From the NCBI GenBank assembly GCA_951406725.2, contig OX597834.1:11594001-11658000 (forward strand): 64,000 bases of DNA. The letters run 5' to 3'. Position 1 is the first letter of the stretch, and each line of letters opens with the position of its first letter. This document shows positions 57,946 through 64,000 of this stretch, in pieces. Under the pieces are notes generated by a model, which made no database searches, was not told the DNA's origin, and worked only from the letters and a program-made list of their open reading frames with translations. Both the position numbers and the translations under genes were made by a program. Origin of the DNA: Octopus vulgaris (Eukaryota).

Positions 57946-58130
57946 AACATATATACACATACATATATATATATATGAACACATATATACACATACATAT
58001 ATATATATAAACACATATATATATATACATACATACACATATATACATACATACATACATATACATACATATATATATACATACATACATATATATATAA
58101 ATACACATACATATACATATATATATCTGT
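57740..58130. repeat. (TA)/(CA) microsatellite
   Basis: Seen directly. Confidence 0.9.
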
Positions 58131-58699
58131 CAAGCATACACACATATAACGGGTGATCATTAAGCAGAACTTGATACGACAGAGATTTATGTAATGGAGA
58201 GTCAATTTAGACTTTTGTCGCCAACTTTCATCTATGAAAAAAAAAACGATAATAACTTCAACAAAGTTTTACGATCAGTCGTAGATGATAATGGATTATA
58301 ATGGGAAGATACTTTTTATGTGCCCTATTATGAAATATTGTGACAGTTCTTATGGCCTAGACCTAAACACCTCGCAGTTAAGTAAGGTACAGAACTGGTT
58401 GTAGAATAATAAGACTGTGAGGCAAATAGAACGAGAGGTGAGCAGTGTTACACCTGTACGTCTCGTAACACCTCGTAATTATCATTCGCTTTTCGTCACG
58501 CCAAGAAATATACAATTTCTCATTCCTCGTAATTAATTTCCTATTAAATGAGTTCGTGGACACCTCATCTCATTTGCCCTTGATCAATTTTCTGTTTGAT
58601 ATGCAATATATCAATTATTCTTACTTCTTCAGACCCAATCTTCTATTAAACACTATGTTTATAAGGTACGTATGATATTCATTTGAATGTTTTTATCTC

Positions 58700-59088
58700 T
58701 CTCTCTTTTACTCTTTTACTTGTTTCAGTCATTTGACTGCAGCCATGATGGATCACCGCCTTTAGTCGAGCGAGTCGACCCCGGGACTTATTCTTTGTAA
58801 GCCCAGTACTTATTCTATCGGTCTCTTTTGCCGAACCGCTAAGTGACGGGGACGTAAACACACCAGCATCGGTTGTCAAGCAATGCTAGAGGGACAAACA
58901 CAGACACACAAGCATATACATACACATACATACATATATACGACATGCTTCTTTCAGTTTCCGTCTACCAAATCCACTCACAAGGCTTTGGTCGAACCAA
59001 GGCTATAGCAGAAGACACTTGCCCAAGATGCCACGCAGTGGGACTGAACCCAGAACCATGTGGTTGGTAGGCAAGCTACTTACCACAC
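58700..59088 (-). mobile_element. SINE family A
   Basis: As 1070-1482, with a slightly truncated head. Confidence 0.85.
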
Positions 59089-59382
59089 GAAATTTTTTTT
59101 GTTATAATATTTCTGTTCTTGTAGTAATGATGTTATAATATGGTTTAATTTGGTCTTCAGATATAACATAAGGCACTCAGAAGACAATATTCTATCAGAG
59201 CAAACTTCTGTTACATTGAATCTGCCTGTACAAGTGTGCAACGCGTCACATGATAAAATGAATTGTAGGGCAGGGCAATTTGAAATAAAGTGTTTCCCCT
59301 CAAGAACACAACACACTGTCTGGGGATCGAGGCGACGATATCACGATCATCAGTGCAATACTTTAACCACTAGGCCATGTGC

Positions 59383-59432
<50 letters not shown>

Positions 59433-59890
59433 AATGCATATATGTACATATATGTATGTATGTATACATGCATATGCATATATGTACATATATGTATGTA
59501 TGTATACATGTATATGCATATATGTACATATATGTATGTATGTATACATGTATATGCATATATGTACATATATGTATGTATGTATACATGTATATGCATA
59601 TATGTACATATATGTATGTATGTATACATGTATATGCATATATGTACATATATGTATGTATACATGTATATGCATATATGTATATATGTATGTATGTATA
59701 CATGTATATGCATATATGTACATATATGCATACATATATATACATATATATGTGTTTGTACATATATATATATGCATATATATACATATATGTATGTATA
59801 TATATGCATATATATACATATATGTATGTATATATACATATATATATATATACATATAAATGCATATATGTGTATATGTATGTATATATA
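59383..59890. repeat. TA-derived higher-order repeat (40-bp unit)
   Basis: The TATGCATATATGTACATATATGTATGTATGTATACATG motif recurs with a 40-bp period. Confidence 0.9.
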
Positions 59891-61339
59891 TGAAAGCTCA
59901 AACACACACATTATCTGCAAATTTGCGAGCATATATATATGGTGTGCATGTAGGTGCAACTGTTGCAAATGCCAGAGAGTTTATGCATGTCTCTCCCCTC
60001 CCTTTCTGTCTGTCTGTCTTTCTGTCTATCTCTCTTTTTATCTCTGTCTTTATATCCCCATCCCCCCTCCCTCTCCCTCACTGTACGTTTGTGTACGAAT
60101 GGTTTCTTGGAAAATTTTGTCTCCGTTGAATGTACGTTGAACGATACTTTCGCTCTTGCATCTATTACGAATCAATATATAGATTTCCTCCCCGATTCGA
60201 TACTCACCACGAATCATGCTGAGATTCTTACGGTGATAAATATTTTAAAAGAAAATAAAAGGAAAGTGAGAAATTTCGAGAAAAAGTTAAACTAGAATGA
60301 AATTCTCTGTGCGTCTTTTCTTATTCTATGATTCTGAATTAATTCTTAATGTTTAATCTGGATGACAAACGTTCAGCAGTTTGATTTTTCTTTAATTTTC
60401 TTTTACAAGAATGTCGTCTTGGCTGCTGTTTTATTTCGCTTGTTTTCTATATTTATTTGCCTTTATTATTTTTTTCTTTCTGTCTTCTATTCTCTTTTTG
60501 TTTGTTTGCTTTTTCATGCCGGTATTAAATAGCAATGCAGGGTGCTAACGGATTGTCGAATATCGACCAAGAAAAGCAGTACTGGCATAACCTTCACCTA
60601 CATTTCCATAATTCTAAATAACAGGAGCTTGCAAGGGTACGAGTGGTGGTAGACGGTTTATGTGAAATTTGACTTTGCGATGGTGGTTATAGAAAATATT
60701 GCATTTAACAACGCTGAAAATCATTGCAGATGAAAGACCAAACGAAATAAAAAAGTGTTACAATAACGTCATATTTTATAAATAGAATATTCGTTGATAT
60801 TTTTTGTAGTTATTTCAGCATGTGTTTGTTTGTTTTTTTAATAATTCATTATTCTTTTAACTACTTGCAAAGCCGCAGGTATTATGATTACAAGTGTGGC
60901 ATTTGAGATAATGAGTACTAACGCACAAAGCATCCCAATACATAAATAGCACTGAAGTTTTGCACGAAACAAGATGGGAGGCTGGCTGTTCTTCGAAAAA
61001 TTTGAAGTTAGAATTGAAACAATACGTATCCTAAATTTTAAGTTCACCACATAAAACAACAAATCCATTTTTATCATTACTTCATTACAATTAGATGTAT
61101 TTAAAAGCAATATAAGTTTGATAACGACAAAGCTACATGCTTTATAAACATATAGGAGCAGGCGTGGCTGTGTCGTAAGAAGCTTGCTTCCCAACCACAT
61201 TGTTCCGGGTTCAGTTTCGCTGCGTGGCAAGTGTCCGCTATTAAAGCCTCGGACCAATCAAATCCTGTTAGTGGAAACTGAAACACGCCTCTCAAGATAA
61301 TTAATGAAGCCTGCAACCAATCACCAGGAAAATACATAA

Positions 61340-62880
61340 GTATCGCAGCGCTACATGATTTATATTTGAAACCTGTTATAGTTGGCCCAGCCTGTGAAAC
61401 CCGACCCGACGCCTAAGCAATTTTCTAGACATCCTATTGAAACCCTTGCTGAAATACATCAAAAGTTTCCTGTTTCCTTAGAGACGATCTATGCTTAAGC
61501 ACCTACCAAAAAAACAACTAATGAAGAAATACCTTATTGATTTCCTTGGATATTATTAATCTTTACACCAATATTCAACATGACTATGAAATAGAAGCAA
61601 TAATATTCTTGCTGGAAAAGTATCCCGAAAAACTTCCGGAACGCATAAACCAGGTTTTCTTTATTGAAACTTTAAAATTTATACTTCAAAACGTTTATTT
61701 CCTATTTGATGACAACTACTACCGCCAAAAACATGTGGAATTGCGATGGGAACAAACGCAGACCCTGTTCTTGCGAACTTAATATTGGAATATTTTCATT
61801 TCATTATTTATGAAGTGTCATTGGAAAAAATATGGATATCCATTTCACTATTATATAAGAAAGAACTATAAAAGATATCTGGATGGCTGCTTTAGCATTT
61901 GCAATGAGACCATTTATAAGCATTTAAAATTTCATCAATACTAAATACTATAAACTCTGATATTCAGTTTACGATGGAATACAGCAAAGAACAGCTCCCT
62001 TTCTTTGATATTCTGATAAAAAATAATCGTAACTGACTTTAATCATAAACCAACGGACTCGAAGTAACATCCCTTGTTTAGGTCACGCCAACCGAAATAC
62101 ATCAAAAGAAATATTCTATTTAATTTAGCGAACAGTATTTGCACAACACTGTCTGATGGATATAATCGGGACATCCGTTGCAAGACCTCAGAACAACACT
62201 AACTGAGAGACACTCTCCACCCTCACTTATAAATGATGGAATTACACGTGCTAAGAAAACAGTCATTAAAACTCCAAGGGAAACAAGACGAAACACCATA
62301 CCCCTTCTCAAAATACTACTATATATATTAACTAACAACCCTAAAATCATTGAGGCATACAGCACTATTATCAGTAGGGATCCACAAATGAACAACATTC
62401 TGAAGACAAATTCATTAATGTAAAGATTTGCTGAAAAGACTTCTGACAAATGCGAAGCATTATAGAACAACCACGAAACCATAGGCTAAAAATACGGAAT
62501 CCAAATTGAGGAATTTTCTCTAACCTACTGGAAGTCTCTGTATTCTAGTTCAAACAAGGAGAGATGTTGTCAATTGTGATCAACTTCACTTCTGCAGCTG
62601 AGAATTTAATTTATGTAATATCTTGTTCAGATTGTGGACATAATAATATAGGGCAGACAAGCATGGCATTTTGATGGAGAACGACACTACATAAGGAAGA
62701 GAACCCTTTCCCTAAGTATAGACAGATACCTTTGAGTGAACACACAAACAAATGTGCAGAGAACATCCAAGCAAATTTCACAGTTTTCCCCCATCTCCCA
62801 GTACAAAGAAGCAATTTCTGTACAAGAATGTTTAAATAAAGAAAATTTGGTTATCGAAAAAGACAAAAAATGCCTAAATA
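61340..62880 (+). pseudogene. Decayed Penelope-like retroelement ORF (RT plus GIY-YIG endonuclease)
   Basis: Frameshifted segments KPVIVGPACE, SLDIINLYTNI, FILQNVYFLFDDNYYRQK-GIAMG, YKRYLDG, IQFTMEYSKEQLPFFDILI, HKPTDS, and ENLIYVISCSDCGHNNIGQTS (GIY-YIG). Confidence 0.88.
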
Positions 62881-63489
62881 TGAACACATATCTAACTTTG
62901 GTCTTAGTATATATTTCAATTCATGATCACATATACCTCACTGTACATATTTCATCTCACTATTTTAGCGTTTGAGTTTTTGTATATATATTTAACCCAA
63001 CCCCAAAATGACCAAATTTTGTATATCAAAATCTAAGACTATAGATCAGTGTCTTTTAGGGAAAGGCATGAGAGAGTTGACAGATTCATAGAGGCTATAG
63101 TTATAAAACTTGTCAAGATTATTTTGAAGTAGCATAAAGTAACTGGCTATAATGAGGTCTAGTAAAGGAAGATCATTAAATTAAGATGTTAATTAGCAGT
63201 TAAAGGGACTGAGGATAGCTCTGCATTTAAATTGATGTAATGATTGCAGCGTTCCTTTAAATGGAGCCGCTTGAAACGGTCGTACTACATGATATCTGGA
63301 TATTCAGCTGCGTATTTTGATTTTATACACCTTATTTTGAAATTGTACGGATAATAACGCACTAAGTTTTCGTGCCTCAACTTAGGTACCTAATTCATCT
63401 GAATCTCAATTACTTTGCTTAGATAGACTGACAGACAGACATACATATAGACTGACAGACAGACAGACACACACACACACACACTCATA

Positions 63490-63720
63490 TATTTCTTTAC
63501 TACCCACAAGGGTCTAAACACAGAGGGGACAAACAGGACAGACAAACGGATTAAGTCAATTACATCGACCCCAGTGCGTAACTGGTACTTAATTTATCGA
63601 CCCCGAAAGGATAAATGGCAAAGTCGACCTCGGCGGAATTTGAACCCAGAACGTAACGGCAGACGAAATACGGCTACGCATTTCGCCCGGCGCGGTAACG
63701 TTTCTGCCAGTTCGTCGCCT
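63490..63720 (-). mobile_element. SINE family C, full length
   Basis: Reverse complement of 3561-3790. Confidence 0.85.
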
Positions 63721-64000
63721 TACACTCACACACATATAATTGATGAGCCAGTAGAGAGCTCAGGTCAAACTGTGAGAGCATTATCCTCTTATTGATTCTA
63801 CGCTGGAGTATTGGATTGCTATTGTGCGAACGTTTGTATTAAAACAACCAAATAACCAATATTTGTTACACTGCTTATTGGCTTATTGTCATTCGGTTAT
63901 ATTTGGTACTGTGATATTGTTACATACACACACACACATTCATACTATTAAAAATTACAGAAAAAGCTTCGACCTCAAGGTTTGAATTTAAAGTTGAAAC

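Overview
Eukaryotic, AT-rich, repeat-dense genomic DNA. The SINE families and the long (TA)n tracts suggest a coleoid cephalopod, probably Octopus (inferred, not database-checked). The only host gene I can support is a minus-strand ionotropic glutamate receptor of the kainate (GRIK-like) type. Two amino-terminal-domain exons (50497-50751 and 11823-11998) splice in frame across a 38,498-nt GT-AG intron. The rest is intronic or flanking sequence. It holds three main tRNA-derived SINE families (some with TSDs, some in tandem arrays), RTE LINE 3' fragments, a decayed Penelope-like RT/GIY-YIG ORF, two non-autonomous Helitrons, a decayed Helitron helicase fragment, Tc1/mariner-type MITEs, a 35-bp minisatellite and large microsatellites. 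Almost all long ORFs in the supplied track are microsatellite or SINE artefacts. The most notable unannotated signal is a set of seven hammerhead-ribozyme-like motifs of the Penelope-associated type I class. Two have intact catalytic cores (30229-30310 and 22812-22848), and both lie on the sense strand of the receptor pre-mRNA intron. Repeat boundaries were read by eye and are approximate unless stated otherwise.
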